Shown here: positions 1 to 8,095 of the stretch, piece after piece | How the letters are laid out: each line of letters begins with the position of its first letter | Numbering within the stretch: the stretch's first letter is position 1 | IMG/VR virus record: IMGVR_UViG_3300035208_005614 | Coordinates: 1-64,000 of that record | DNA length: 64,000 bases | Reading direction: 5' to 3' (one strand) | DNA from: a virus | Taxonomy: Duplodnaviria > Heunggongvirae > Uroviricota > Caudoviricetes | The notes under the pieces: model-generated | Seen by the model: only the letters and a program-made list of their open reading frames with translations | Databases searched by the model: none | Told to the model about the DNA's origin: nothing | Translations under genes and position numbers: made by a program

Positions 1-1323
1 CGATCTGCATTCAATACCAAAATTAAGAACAAACCTGTTGAAGACGTAAATGATTTCATAATAAATCAATTCGAAAATCAACATGCAAGAGGACAAAAAG
101 GTTTTGGAATCATTAGAATTAATGAAAAACAAAACATAGAAATAGATAGATCCTGTGAAACAACTAAATTTCTATTAGATTTATATCTAAAGAAATCAAA
201 AATGATAATAGCACATCATAGAACACCAACTTCCACAGAGAATCTACTAGGACAAACTCATCCAATGAGCATTTCCAATGATATATTGGAATTTGATTAT
301 GAAATAATTCATAATGGAATGATCTCAAACACAGACGATCTCTACAAAAAACACAAAGAATTAGGATTCACTTACAAAACAGAAATGTTTGAATATGGAT
401 ATGGAGATTCTATAAGAACAAAATGGAATGATTCAGAATCTATAGCGGTTGAATTAGCATTATTCATAGAAAAGAAAACATCAGCAATAGGAACTGATAA
501 TAATGCAGCATTCATTGTACTTCAATTAAACAAAAAAACACACAAAGCAGTTAAAGTATTCTTCGGAAGAAACGGAATAACATCCGCTTTAACAATGTTT
601 AAAGTAAAAGGAAGTTTGAGAATCTCAAGTGAAGGAGAAGGAGATGAAGTAGAAGAAAATCAACTATATTCTTTCGATATCAAAGACAAAAAAATGCAAT
701 TGCATAAAAGAAAAATAGAATTCAAGAAAAAGGAAATTCCAGCAATTGAAGATAAAGAAGAAAAAACAACAACAGATTCCAATTCATTAACAAAAAATCT
801 CATAGTAACAAACGGAAATCAAACAAAGACAAAAGATGAAGAAATCACCGTTAAAGTATTAAGAGAATGGGTAGATAGAGACAATGACGATCCAACTGAA
901 GAGGCACCAATCTCTTCTAATGAAATAGGAAAAGGATATGTTCAAGAATTAAGCGCATCTTTCAAAGACAAAATAAAAGTTGAAGATTCAAATGCAATAA
1001 CTCACATAATTGATGATTCGCTAGACGAAGAAGTTGGAAAAATCACAGATATATTAAGTGATTATAAAACAGCATTAATTAATGAAAAATTTGAAGATAG
1101 AGATATCTTCTTCTATTCATCGCAAATCTTCAGAATAGTTAAAGCAATGAAAGAAATCACAGACATAGCAGATCAAGATTACGGAGAAAAATTAGATCTA
1201 GAAGAAGAATTAGAAGATTACAACGGAAGCAACCCTGTAGGATATTTAAGTGAAGATTGGGACGGAAGAACATATGAAGAAAGAGAAAAAAACAAAAAAC
1301 AAATGGGATTCCTTAACGAATAA
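1..1323 (+). CDS. Class-II (Ntn-type) glutamine amidotransferase domain protein, 5'-partial, with an acidic low-complexity C-terminal half
   Basis: Frame 1 is open from nt 1, so the ORF runs off the window edge. Motifs IAHHRTPTSTENLLGQTHPM and IIHNGMISNTDDL parallel the GlmS/PurF-type GATase motifs (IAHTRWATHG..NAHP and HNGIIEN). Residues about 170-370 are D/E/K-rich. Confidence 0.55.
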   Translation, partial: RSAFNTKIKNKPVEDVNDFIINQFENQHARGQKGFGIIRINEKQNIEIDRSCETTKFLLDLYLKKSKMIIAHHRTPTSTENLLGQTHPMSISNDILEFDYEIIHNGMISNTDDLYKKHKELGFTYKTEMFEYGYGDSIRTKWNDSESIAVELALFIEKKTSAIGTDNNAAFIVLQLNKKTHKAVKVFFGRNGITSALTMFKVKGSLRISSEGEGDEVEENQLYSFDIKDKKMQLHKRKIEFKKKEIPAIEDKEEKTTTDSNSLTKNLIVTNGNQTKTKDEEITVKVLREWVDRDNDDPTEEAPISSNEIGKGYVQELSASFKDKIKVEDSNAITHIIDDSLDEEVGKITDILSDYKTALINEKFEDRDIFFYSSQIFRIVKAMKEITDIADQDYGEKLDLEEELEDYNGSNPVGYLSEDWDGRTYEEREKNKKQMGFLNE

Positions 1324-1328
1324 AACAT

Positions 1329-1748
1329 ATGAAATATCCAACCAAAGAACAAATTCTTGAAAAAGATCCAGCAATAAGGCAATTTACGATTGAAGTAGTT
1401 TTAAGTTGGAAAAAAGAATTCTTCAAAGATTGGAAGAATACACCAAATGAAGTAAAATTAGAAAGATTAAAATATTTAATATTAGGTATCCTAGCAATCG
1501 CATATTCAAATAAGCCATGGCTTAATATACGAGAAGGAAATAGCTATTATTATTTGCCAACAACTTATGAAATCTATCAAGATAAAAATAAGCCGAGCAT
1601 CATCTCAGCACTTCATGAATTATCACATCATCTTTACGGTCCATCCGAATTAAAAGCATGTAGATGGTCGATCTATATATTTAGAACATGCTTTCCTGAA
1701 ATGTACAAAAAACTTCAATGGAAAAATCATTTACTAATTAAAAAGTAA
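1329..1748 (+). CDS. Hypothetical protein with an HExxH motif (HELSH), possible small metallopeptidase-like protein
   Basis: 139-aa ORF starting 6 nt after the upstream stop. ALHELSHHLYG contains HExxH. No other recognisable similarity. Confidence 0.4.
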   Translation: MKYPTKEQILEKDPAIRQFTIEVVLSWKKEFFKDWKNTPNEVKLERLKYLILGILAIAYSNKPWLNIREGNSYYYLPTTYEIYQDKNKPSIISALHELSHHLYGPSELKACRWSIYIFRTCFPEMYKKLQWKNHLLIKK

Positions 1749-1779
1749 AAAGAATGAAAAGAGATAAGCCAACCTAAAA

Positions 1780-2082
1780 ATGCCACAAATCACAATACCA
1801 TTAGGTAGTGAAATAAGAGAATCTAAGAAGGATAATATAAAGATTAAGGTTCCTGGAACAAACTTCTCAGTCATAGGTGAAAAAACAGAGAATCTATGGA
1901 ATATATATCTAATAGACCCACAAACAAAAAGACAGATGACGATTAAAGCAGAAGTAACAACTAGAGCTTTCGCAACTATCTCAAGTCTAATCTTAAAAAC
2001 TCCACTACCATTCGAGAGAAAGAGAAAAAACAACGTTATATTAGTAAAAAGATTTATAAAGAAAATAATAAAAAACCAATAA
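1780..2082 (+). CDS. Hypothetical protein
   Basis: 100-aa ORF in the same-strand gene string. The antisense ORFs that overlap it are low-complexity. Confidence 0.35.
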   Translation: MPQITIPLGSEIRESKKDNIKIKVPGTNFSVIGEKTENLWNIYLIDPQTKRQMTIKAEVTTRAFATISSLILKTPLPFERKRKNNVILVKRFIKKIIKNQ

Positions 2083-2083
2083 A

Positions 2084-2524
2084 ATGGACAAAACAGCAAA
2101 AATAACCTTAACAGGTAAAGTAGAAAAGTTTAAATTAATAGCAAGAGATGCACTAAGAATGAATCTCATAACACCAAGACTATCAGCAGTCTCAAGACTT
2201 GAAAAATCAGTCGCAGATGTCGCAAAAGCTACAGCTGAAGTCAATCATGAAATAGAAGTATTAAATTACGATATTTCAAAGCTTGATGTTAACCATCCAG
2301 ATTATGCAGACAAGAAATCAGGAAAAGAAGATAGAGTTAAAAGTCTATCAGAACTTCTAACTGATAACGCAAAAGAAACTGCAGATCTTACAAAAGAAAT
2401 TGCAAATGAAAAAGATGGAATTGCAAAAATTGAAGCAGGAGAAACTAAAGTATCTCTAGATGAACTTAATGCTCTAGTAGCAAAGTTGATCGAAGCAGAT
2501 GCATTATCGCAAGTTAATGGATAA
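2084..2524 (+). CDS. Hypothetical coiled-coil protein
   Basis: 146-aa ORF starting 2 nt after the previous stop. K/E-rich heptad-like sequence. Followed by an intrinsic terminator. Confidence 0.45.
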   Translation: MDKTAKITLTGKVEKFKLIARDALRMNLITPRLSAVSRLEKSVADVAKATAEVNHEIEVLNYDISKLDVNHPDYADKKSGKEDRVKSLSELLTDNAKETADLTKEIANEKDGIAKIEAGETKVSLDELNALVAKLIEADALSQVNG

Positions 2525-2534
2525 ATAGAAGAAA

Positions 2535-2569
2535 GGTAGTTAGGTATAAAACCCTAACTGCCTTTTTTT
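2535..2569 (+). terminator. Rho-independent terminator
   Basis: Stem of about 10 bp (GGTAGTTAGG ... CCTAACTGCC, one G-U pair) with a TATAAAAC loop, followed by TTTTTTT, immediately after the 2084-2524 stop at a convergent gene junction. Confidence 0.75.
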
Positions 2570-2595
2570 AACGCAATTTCCCTAAGCTGCAAAAA

Positions 2596-3084
2596 TCAAA
2601 CATGCGCCGTGCTGGTACTTACAGATAGAATTTTTTCTTTCCAACAATAAGCACTAGCATTCCATGGCTTTAACCCCTCTTTTTTTATAAGGTAAAACCC
2701 ATATTCCAAACTATCCCATTCATCATGAATATCTAGGCCCATTTTTTTCATAACTGCCTCATGCCAAAAATCATTAATTTGGAGAGGCCCCCAATCTTTT
2801 GACCAAACATATTTAATTGTAGTTGTTGAACCGTCTTTATTTGTAACCGTTTTATAAGAATAGTTGTTATTAACTGCTTCCTTATACATTTTACTCTCAC
2901 ATCCTATTATTTTTTTAACTGTTGAACTTGATACTTCATATTTTGCTGATAATCTATTTACTTCACTTTCTAATGTTTTCTCTTCTATTTTAACTGTCTT
3001 AACTGACGCTGACGTTGAGTAAAACCCGAAGAACAGGGCTAAAAACAACGTGATAACTAATAAACAAATTTTTAGTATATTCAC
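2596..3084 (-). CDS. Lysozyme-like/lytic transglycosylase-like protein with an N-terminal membrane anchor
   Basis: Hydrophobic N-terminus (ICLLVITLFLALFFGFY). A CES...GPLQIN motif resembles the SLT-domain catalytic Glu and GLMQI motifs. Confidence 0.45.
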   Translation of the reverse strand: MNILKICLLVITLFLALFFGFYSTSASVKTVKIEEKTLESEVNRLSAKYEVSSSTVKKIIGCESKMYKEAVNNNYSYKTVTNKDGSTTTIKYVWSKDWGPLQINDFWHEAVMKKMGLDIHDEWDSLEYGFYLIKKEGLKPWNASAYCWKEKILSVSTSTAHV

Positions 3085-3387
3085 TATTAAGGTGGTGGTC
3101 GTTCATACTGATTCTCTCTATAAAACTATGCCAACATTCCCGACGACTAATCGGGGTTTATAGATGTGCCTTTTCTGTAAACTGACAATTTCAAAGAACC
3201 CCATAATGATACTACGGTTAGGCTAAAAAACAAGGCGAAATTGTCAACATAAGGTCTGTGAAAGAATTGCACTTTCTGAGGATACTTCTTCGATTTTTTA
3301 ACCGAATAGAGCTTTCGCCAGTATAATCGCTATTTCAGACCTGTCTCCAAAACATTTCCCTCGCGGGTACATAAATTATACACCCTC

Positions 3388-4545
3388 TTAGGAAAGAAAG
3401 ATATGAGATGAAGACGTTTTTTCTTTTCTTTTATGATCTATAAGGAAAAAAGCCTGTTTTGGCTTCTCATAATCAGCTTTAATCGAAATTGCAAAGGAAT
3501 TAAACCCTATAACGCTTCCATTACAAATAAAGTTTCCTCCATCTCTAAGTTGATGAAAATGACCAAAAACATCAAGATCCGCGTGTTGAACTTTATTCCA
3601 TTGAGCAATAGCTTTATTTACCGAGATATATATACCTGACATACCTCCATTATATTTCATAAAATGACCATGGTGAAAACGAATTGTCAATCCCCCTACA
3701 TCAATATAAGAGTGATAACTTGTAGGAATTATAAACTTTACACGAGGATTATCTTTAAAAGCATTTGCTAAGACGTGATATAAAACATATTCATAAGAAT
3801 GGCCTGCTTCTGTAGATGGTCGTATCTTCTGGGTATCTCTGGCATGATTTCCAGAATGACAAGGCAAAACGATATTAACATCTGTATTATCTAACAAATA
3901 ATTGATTCCTGCCTCTAAAACACCCTTTACTTCGAGCATTTCTTCGATTGGCGACATGGAATTGTTCTCAAGCGACTCTTCTCTCAAATGACCATTTATC
4001 ATATCTCCTAGCATCGCTAGAACAAGATTGTTGATTTGGCTGTGATGTTTGTAAATTATGATGAGTTTCGCGAGATTTTTGAAGAAAAACTCTAATCTTG
4101 TCTTCGCGATCTTAGGATTGTATTCATTTTTACCATTAACATTGTCAGATTTCACAGTTTCCGCATAATGTATGTCAGAAAGTACCGCAACTGCCGTGAC
4201 CTCCCCGCTAGGATCAGATTTTATTGATTTAATCGTATAAGTATTCGCTGTTCCTACTATTTTAAATGCTTCAATAATAGCTTCAGCATCTGCAAGTTTA
4301 CTACAAACCAAGTCATATTTCTTTTGAGTATGCTTTCCTTCATTCTCTAAGTTGCCCAAAACAACATCTCTTTCTATCTCCTTTTCAGGCGAAAGGTGTT
4401 TATTTTGGGCATTTTTGCGCACAGGAGGAAGATGGAGGGTATTTCTTCCCATTTTTCTGACAGCGTCTGCCGTTTGACCTGTCATTTTTCCTATATCTTT
4501 ATAGGATTTTTTCCCCCAATATCTTTTTATTGTTGATGTAATCAT
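3388..4545 (-). CDS. Calcineurin-like metallophosphoesterase with an N-terminal HTH-like segment
   Basis: Ordered phosphoesterase motifs LSDIHY (DxH), MLGDMING (GDxxxxG), GNHARD (GNH) and GHFHQ (GHxH). The N-terminal 40 aa (KSYKDIGKMTGQTADAVRKMGR) look like a helix-turn-helix. Confidence 0.65.
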   Translation of the reverse strand: MITSTIKRYWGKKSYKDIGKMTGQTADAVRKMGRNTLHLPPVRKNAQNKHLSPEKEIERDVVLGNLENEGKHTQKKYDLVCSKLADAEAIIEAFKIVGTANTYTIKSIKSDPSGEVTAVAVLSDIHYAETVKSDNVNGKNEYNPKIAKTRLEFFFKNLAKLIIIYKHHSQINNLVLAMLGDMINGHLREESLENNSMSPIEEMLEVKGVLEAGINYLLDNTDVNIVLPCHSGNHARDTQKIRPSTEAGHSYEYVLYHVLANAFKDNPRVKFIIPTSYHSYIDVGGLTIRFHHGHFMKYNGGMSGIYISVNKAIAQWNKVQHADLDVFGHFHQLRDGGNFICNGSVIGFNSFAISIKADYEKPKQAFFLIDHKRKEKTSSSHIFLS

Positions 4546-4561
4546 ATTAATTTATTAAAAA

Positions 4562-4592
4562 AACAGCAAAGTTTTCTACTTTGCTGTTTTTT
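4562..4592. terminator. Bidirectional hairpin terminator
   Basis: CAGCAAAGT-TTTCT-ACTTTGCTG with an A-run upstream and a T-run downstream, so a U-tract follows it on either strand. It overlaps the last codons of the 4576-4893 gene. Confidence 0.55.
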
Positions 4593-4893
4593 GCTCCAAA
4601 AATGCTTTTAATATCATTGAATAATTTGCAATATCATCAAGGGTATCCCCAATTTTTTCGTCAAGAACTCTGGCATCATCATCCAATAAAGTTGCTAATC
4701 TAGATATCTTATCGCACATTCTAACCACAATCCCTTTTTCTACAGAACAAATTCCTAAAAATTCAACTAATTCAAATGCCCTAAAAGCACTATCCTTTTT
4801 GTCTCCTGTATAATCCTTATTTTTTCTTTCCATCAAAGCAATATTATTTGCATAATACTCTTTTATTTTCTTTAAAAATGTTTTTTTATTCAT
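4576..4893 (-). CDS. MazG-like (all-alpha) nucleotide pyrophosphohydrolase family protein, tentative
   Basis: 105 aa. RAFELVEFLG and LDEKIGDTLDDIANY fit the ExxE ... E.GDxL pattern of MazG/HisE-type NTP pyrophosphatases. Confidence 0.4.
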   Translation of the reverse strand: MNKKTFLKKIKEYYANNIALMERKNKDYTGDKKDSAFRAFELVEFLGICSVEKGIVVRMCDKISRLATLLDDDARVLDEKIGDTLDDIANYSMILKAFLEQKTAK

Positions 4894-4921
4894 ATCATAA
4901 TTTTAATTATCTTTACGACCT

Positions 4922-5125
4922 TTATTTAGTTGGTGCGTGTTGATCAGGGAATTGTGTATCGCCGTATGGCTTTACTTCTTCCTCTTTTACTTCAACTTTT
5001 GTTTCCTCTTTTGTCTCTTCCACAACTTCGGTTGTAGGTACTTCTACTGCAGGTTTTTGTTCTACTGCTGGTGTCGGAGCTGGAGTATTATCTAATCCTC
5101 CAACGCTCAAAAATTCTTCTGTCAT
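4922..5125 (-). CDS. Small acidic Pro/Thr/Glu/Val-rich protein
   Basis: 67-aa ORF with low-complexity PAPTPAVEQKPAVEVPTTEVVEETKEETK sequence. Confidence 0.35.
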   Translation of the reverse strand: MTEEFLSVGGLDNTPAPTPAVEQKPAVEVPTTEVVEETKEETKVEVKEEEVKPYGDTQFPDQHAPTK

Positions 5126-5151
5126 CTTTTTTAAAAATTAAAACTAATAAA

Positions 5152-5430
5152 TTAAATAATAGCTATTACGTCAGATTCATTTACTAACAAATAACTTTTT
5201 CCTTCCAATTGTATCATAGTACCATACTGAAAAATTATGTTATCTCCAACTTTAACTTCCATGGACTGGATAATTCCATTATCCATCATTCTTCCATTTC
5301 CAGCATAGACAACTTTACCTTTAGAAAAATCACTTTGATCTGTTGTTTTTGAAATAACTAAACCACTTGCTGTCTTCTCTATCGCTTTGTCTGATTCCAC
5401 TATAACTCTTGCTCCTAATATTTTTATCAT
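5152..5430 (-). CDS. groES: Co-chaperonin GroES (Cpn10)
   Basis: 92 aa. IKILGARVIVE..EKTASGLVIS...GKVVYAGNG...VKVGDNIIFQYG...YLLVNESDVIAII matches the Cpn10 pattern along its full length. Confidence 0.85.
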   Translation of the reverse strand: MIKILGARVIVESDKAIEKTASGLVISKTTDQSDFSKGKVVYAGNGRMMDNGIIQSMEVKVGDNIIFQYGTMIQLEGKSYLLVNESDVIAII

Positions 5431-5434
5431 ATTT

Positions 5435-6448
5435 TTATTTGTTATTTAACTGATAATCAACTGTCTTCTTTAAAGACTTTTCAAAATCTACTTTGGGTTT
5501 CCATCCAAGTTCGGCCAACTTAGACCCATCGAGCGCATAACGACAATCATGGCCAGGTCTTGAACTATGAAAATTTATAAGTTCATAATTCAACGGCTTC
5601 CCTATATATTCAGCGATAAGTTTTGCCATAGTAAGATTGTCCACTTCTTTTTCTCCCACAACATTAAATCTTTCAGGGGTCTCGAAATCAGGATACATTC
5701 TAGGAGTGACATTGTTCATTATGAACAAAATTGCATCAGCAACATTTCTTGCATGAATATAAAAACGAGAACCTGCTGTCTTTCCATCTGGATATGAATG
5801 GATGAAAATTTTCTCTCCTGAAACTGCTCTATCAATACACAATTGCACGAACTTTTCCTTATCTTGTCTTTCCCCAAAAACATTCATTGTATTCGTAATT
5901 ATAAGAGGGACGCTATAAGTTCTCCAATAAGAGATAGCAACAGCTTCCTGGGCCGCTTTTGACGCACTGTAGGGGTTGCTAGGAACGATTGGTGACCATT
6001 CTTTATGGTTTATTCCAATAGGGGCTTGTCCGTAAACTTCGTCAGTTGAAAATTGCAAAAACATTTTAGGTTTAATTTCTCTTGCAAACTCCAACATATT
6101 AAGGACCAAGTTCACATTATTTTGCACAAAAGGAACTGGATCAGTAATTGATCTATCTACATGACTATCAGAAGCAATATTCAAAATGATATCTACTTGT
6201 CCAATCGCTTTTTTAGTATCTTCCGTGAACGGAGAAACGAGATCATGGGTCAAAATTGTGACTCTATCTTTGTGATCTTGATAATTCTTGTCATCAAGAA
6301 TACGAGTAGGAATACCTTTATGTTTCCATGAAGCTATTCCAACAATCTCATGATCTGTATTTTTCAACAAATGAGATAAAACGTGTGAACCCACAAAACC
6401 TGACACTCCAGTCAAAAGTATTTTCATATTTTTAATTGTTAATCCCAC
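5435..6448 (-). CDS. NAD-dependent epimerase/dehydratase (dTDP-glucose 4,6-dehydratase-like)
   Basis: Rossmann motif LLTGVSGFVGSHV and YSASK (YxxxK) catalytic motif. The true start may be the internal MKILLTG. Confidence 0.8.
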   Translation of the reverse strand: MGLTIKNMKILLTGVSGFVGSHVLSHLLKNTDHEIVGIASWKHKGIPTRILDDKNYQDHKDRVTILTHDLVSPFTEDTKKAIGQVDIILNIASDSHVDRSITDPVPFVQNNVNLVLNMLEFAREIKPKMFLQFSTDEVYGQAPIGINHKEWSPIVPSNPYSASKAAQEAVAISYWRTYSVPLIITNTMNVFGERQDKEKFVQLCIDRAVSGEKIFIHSYPDGKTAGSRFYIHARNVADAILFIMNNVTPRMYPDFETPERFNVVGEKEVDNLTMAKLIAEYIGKPLNYELINFHSSRPGHDCRYALDGSKLAELGWKPKVDFEKSLKKTVDYQLNNK

Positions 6449-6882
6449 AAATCCATCATATATTTTCCGAGTAGTTCAAAACCCTCCTGAACCTTTTTAT
6501 GATGTTCTTTTAAAGCTTCTCCCTCCAAATATTTATATTCAGGATCATTTTCGGCATTATATGCATCAGTTAACGCATATTCTATTTTAGATAAAACCAC
6601 TAACCACGCCGCTGGATCAGAAGCAAAATCCATAGGAAGCGAATGTCCGTGTTCTTCTTCGTATCTTACAAAAGCTATAAATGGTTTATATATTTTATTT
6701 AAAATATAATAATTCAAGCTATATACATCAACATCAGCATAACCCCTTGTTAATCTCTGATAAGTATTTTTAACTTCACTAGGTATTTCTTCTATTAAGT
6801 GCCAAAGCCTATTAAAGAAACATCGAATAGGGTGTTCCTTTTGATAATTTTCTAATTCTTCCATAAAATCTTTACAATTCAT
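6439..6882 (-). CDS. Hypothetical protein
   Basis: 147-aa ORF overlapping the downstream gene start by 10 nt, which suggests translational coupling. Confidence 0.45.
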   Translation of the reverse strand: MNCKDFMEELENYQKEHPIRCFFNRLWHLIEEIPSEVKNTYQRLTRGYADVDVYSLNYYILNKIYKPFIAFVRYEEEHGHSLPMDFASDPAAWLVVLSKIEYALTDAYNAENDPEYKYLEGEALKEHHKKVQEGFELLGKYMMDLWD

Positions 6883-6896
6883 AATTTTACTATTAA

Positions 6897-7769
6897 TTAA
6901 TAATGACCGACTTTCATTTTTATTGCTTGTAATTTTAACACTTCTTTTTTAAATTGTCCAAAGTTTTTAAAATATCGATAAAGATATCTTCCCTCATTCT
7001 CAGGCAATAACTTTTTAACTCTTAATTCTTTACCTTGCTCCAATCCTCTAAGACCAACTTCTATCAAATGCTCTCTCCATTCCTTTTTAGTCTTAAATTG
7101 AGGATTGTATGTAGAAAAATTTGGTTGCATCTTAAGATAATCTCTACAATATTTAATATAACTTCCATATCTATAATGCATTATTGTTATAATACCTCCC
7201 CCATATTCCTTTTTAATATCTGTAAGAGTAGGAGTTTTACCTAATTTTTTACCTAAACTAATTATTTTGGTCATGATTTGGAGATCACAAATACCATAAG
7301 CATTTTGTCCTTCCTTTGCTTTCTTTTTACCTTTTCTATTTCCTGCTTCTCTATTCTTCTTTTTAAAACCGTAACCATTACTATTTCCTAATTGCATTTT
7401 CCCTTCTTTTTGTAATTGAGTGATAACTTCTGATTGTCTTAATCTAAGTTTCTTTGATTTCAAAGCTGTCTGAGTAAACAAACCGAATTTTGCTCTATAT
7501 TGTTCTCCTGTCATTCCGTGCTTGACTGAAAAGTGTGTAGGTAGTTGTTCAAACCATTTACCACACTCATGACATTGCAATTTACCTGTCTCCGAATCTT
7601 CTGCAAGAACTCCAACAAAACCGAATCCTGTTGAGACTGGCATAAAAGGTGGTTCCCATTTTTTAATATTAATAAAACCTGACTCGGCTTGATCGTAAGC
7701 TATCTTATTCTGTTTTTTATGTGGATATACTGGCATGTTTTTTAATAATGAGTTAAGTCGAGGGGGCAA
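6897..7769 (-). CDS. Ros/MucR-family zinc-finger transcriptional regulator-like protein with a C-terminal extension
   Basis: KLQCHECGKWFEQLPTHFSVKHGMTGEQYRAKFGL closely matches the Ros/MucR CxxC...HxxxxH finger and the following EYRxKWGL motif. About 150 extra C-terminal residues are unassigned. Confidence 0.7.
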   Translation of the reverse strand: MPPRLNSLLKNMPVYPHKKQNKIAYDQAESGFINIKKWEPPFMPVSTGFGFVGVLAEDSETGKLQCHECGKWFEQLPTHFSVKHGMTGEQYRAKFGLFTQTALKSKKLRLRQSEVITQLQKEGKMQLGNSNGYGFKKKNREAGNRKGKKKAKEGQNAYGICDLQIMTKIISLGKKLGKTPTLTDIKKEYGGGIITIMHYRYGSYIKYCRDYLKMQPNFSTYNPQFKTKKEWREHLIEVGLRGLEQGKELRVKKLLPENEGRYLYRYFKNFGQFKKEVLKLQAIKMKVGHY

Positions 7770-7927
7770 GATTCGACTTGCAGTCTTAATATGTTTCGTC
7801 TAGAACTCCACATATCCACCTGACTTAATAATTTCTCGTCCAACAAACTTGGCGCTGTTGACATGAGTGGACGTACATTTCCACGTTAGTTTAGATACTT
7901 CATGTATCGACACCCTCGACTTAACTC
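7750..7927 (-). ncRNA. Structured leader or candidate ncRNA closed by a 15-bp perfect inverted repeat
   Basis: GAGTTAAGTCGAGGG (7750-7764) and CCCTCGACTTAACTC (7913-7927) bracket about 150 nt containing nested hairpins (GCAAG/CTTGC, GTGGA/TCCAC, CGTCCA/TGGACG). It is GC-enriched relative to its surroundings. It lies downstream of the 8044-8071 promoter and upstream of the MucR-like gene. Confidence 0.4.
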
Positions 7928-8043
7928 ACTATTTTTTTTAATTAACTTAATAAATAGGATTTACGGGGGGTTTAACAAAAATGATTTCTCATTAATTCGA
8001 GTATTGTTTATTCCTCGAAGCCCCCACAATTCCTACTACTTTA

Positions 8044-8071
8044 AGTATACTCCTATCTTTTTACTTGTCAA
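8044..8071 (-). promoter_or_regulatory. Sigma-70-like promoter TTGACA-N16-TATACT (consensus copy 1)
   Basis: Minus-strand reading cTTGACAagtaaaaagataggagTATACTta. Identical to the 20828 copy. The -35 box lies inside an ACTTGnCAAGT palindrome. Confidence 0.65.
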
Positions 8072-8095
8072 GTGAAAAGTCACTTGACAGACTCT

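Noticed and set aside
1734-2244. Minus-strand ORFs 1734-2099 and 2041-2244, and 7035-7244 on the plus strand
   Set aside because: They have a hydrophobic low-complexity composition typical of antisense AT-rich coding DNA, and they conflict with better-supported same-operon genes on the other strand.
8063-8090. Inverted repeat CTTGTCAAGTGA-AAAG-TCACTTGACAG after groEL, considered as its terminator
   Set aside because: No U-tract follows it in the orientation of groEL transcription. The arms are the TTGACA-containing promoter palindrome and a second copy of it, so it is more likely a duplicated operator or -35 element.
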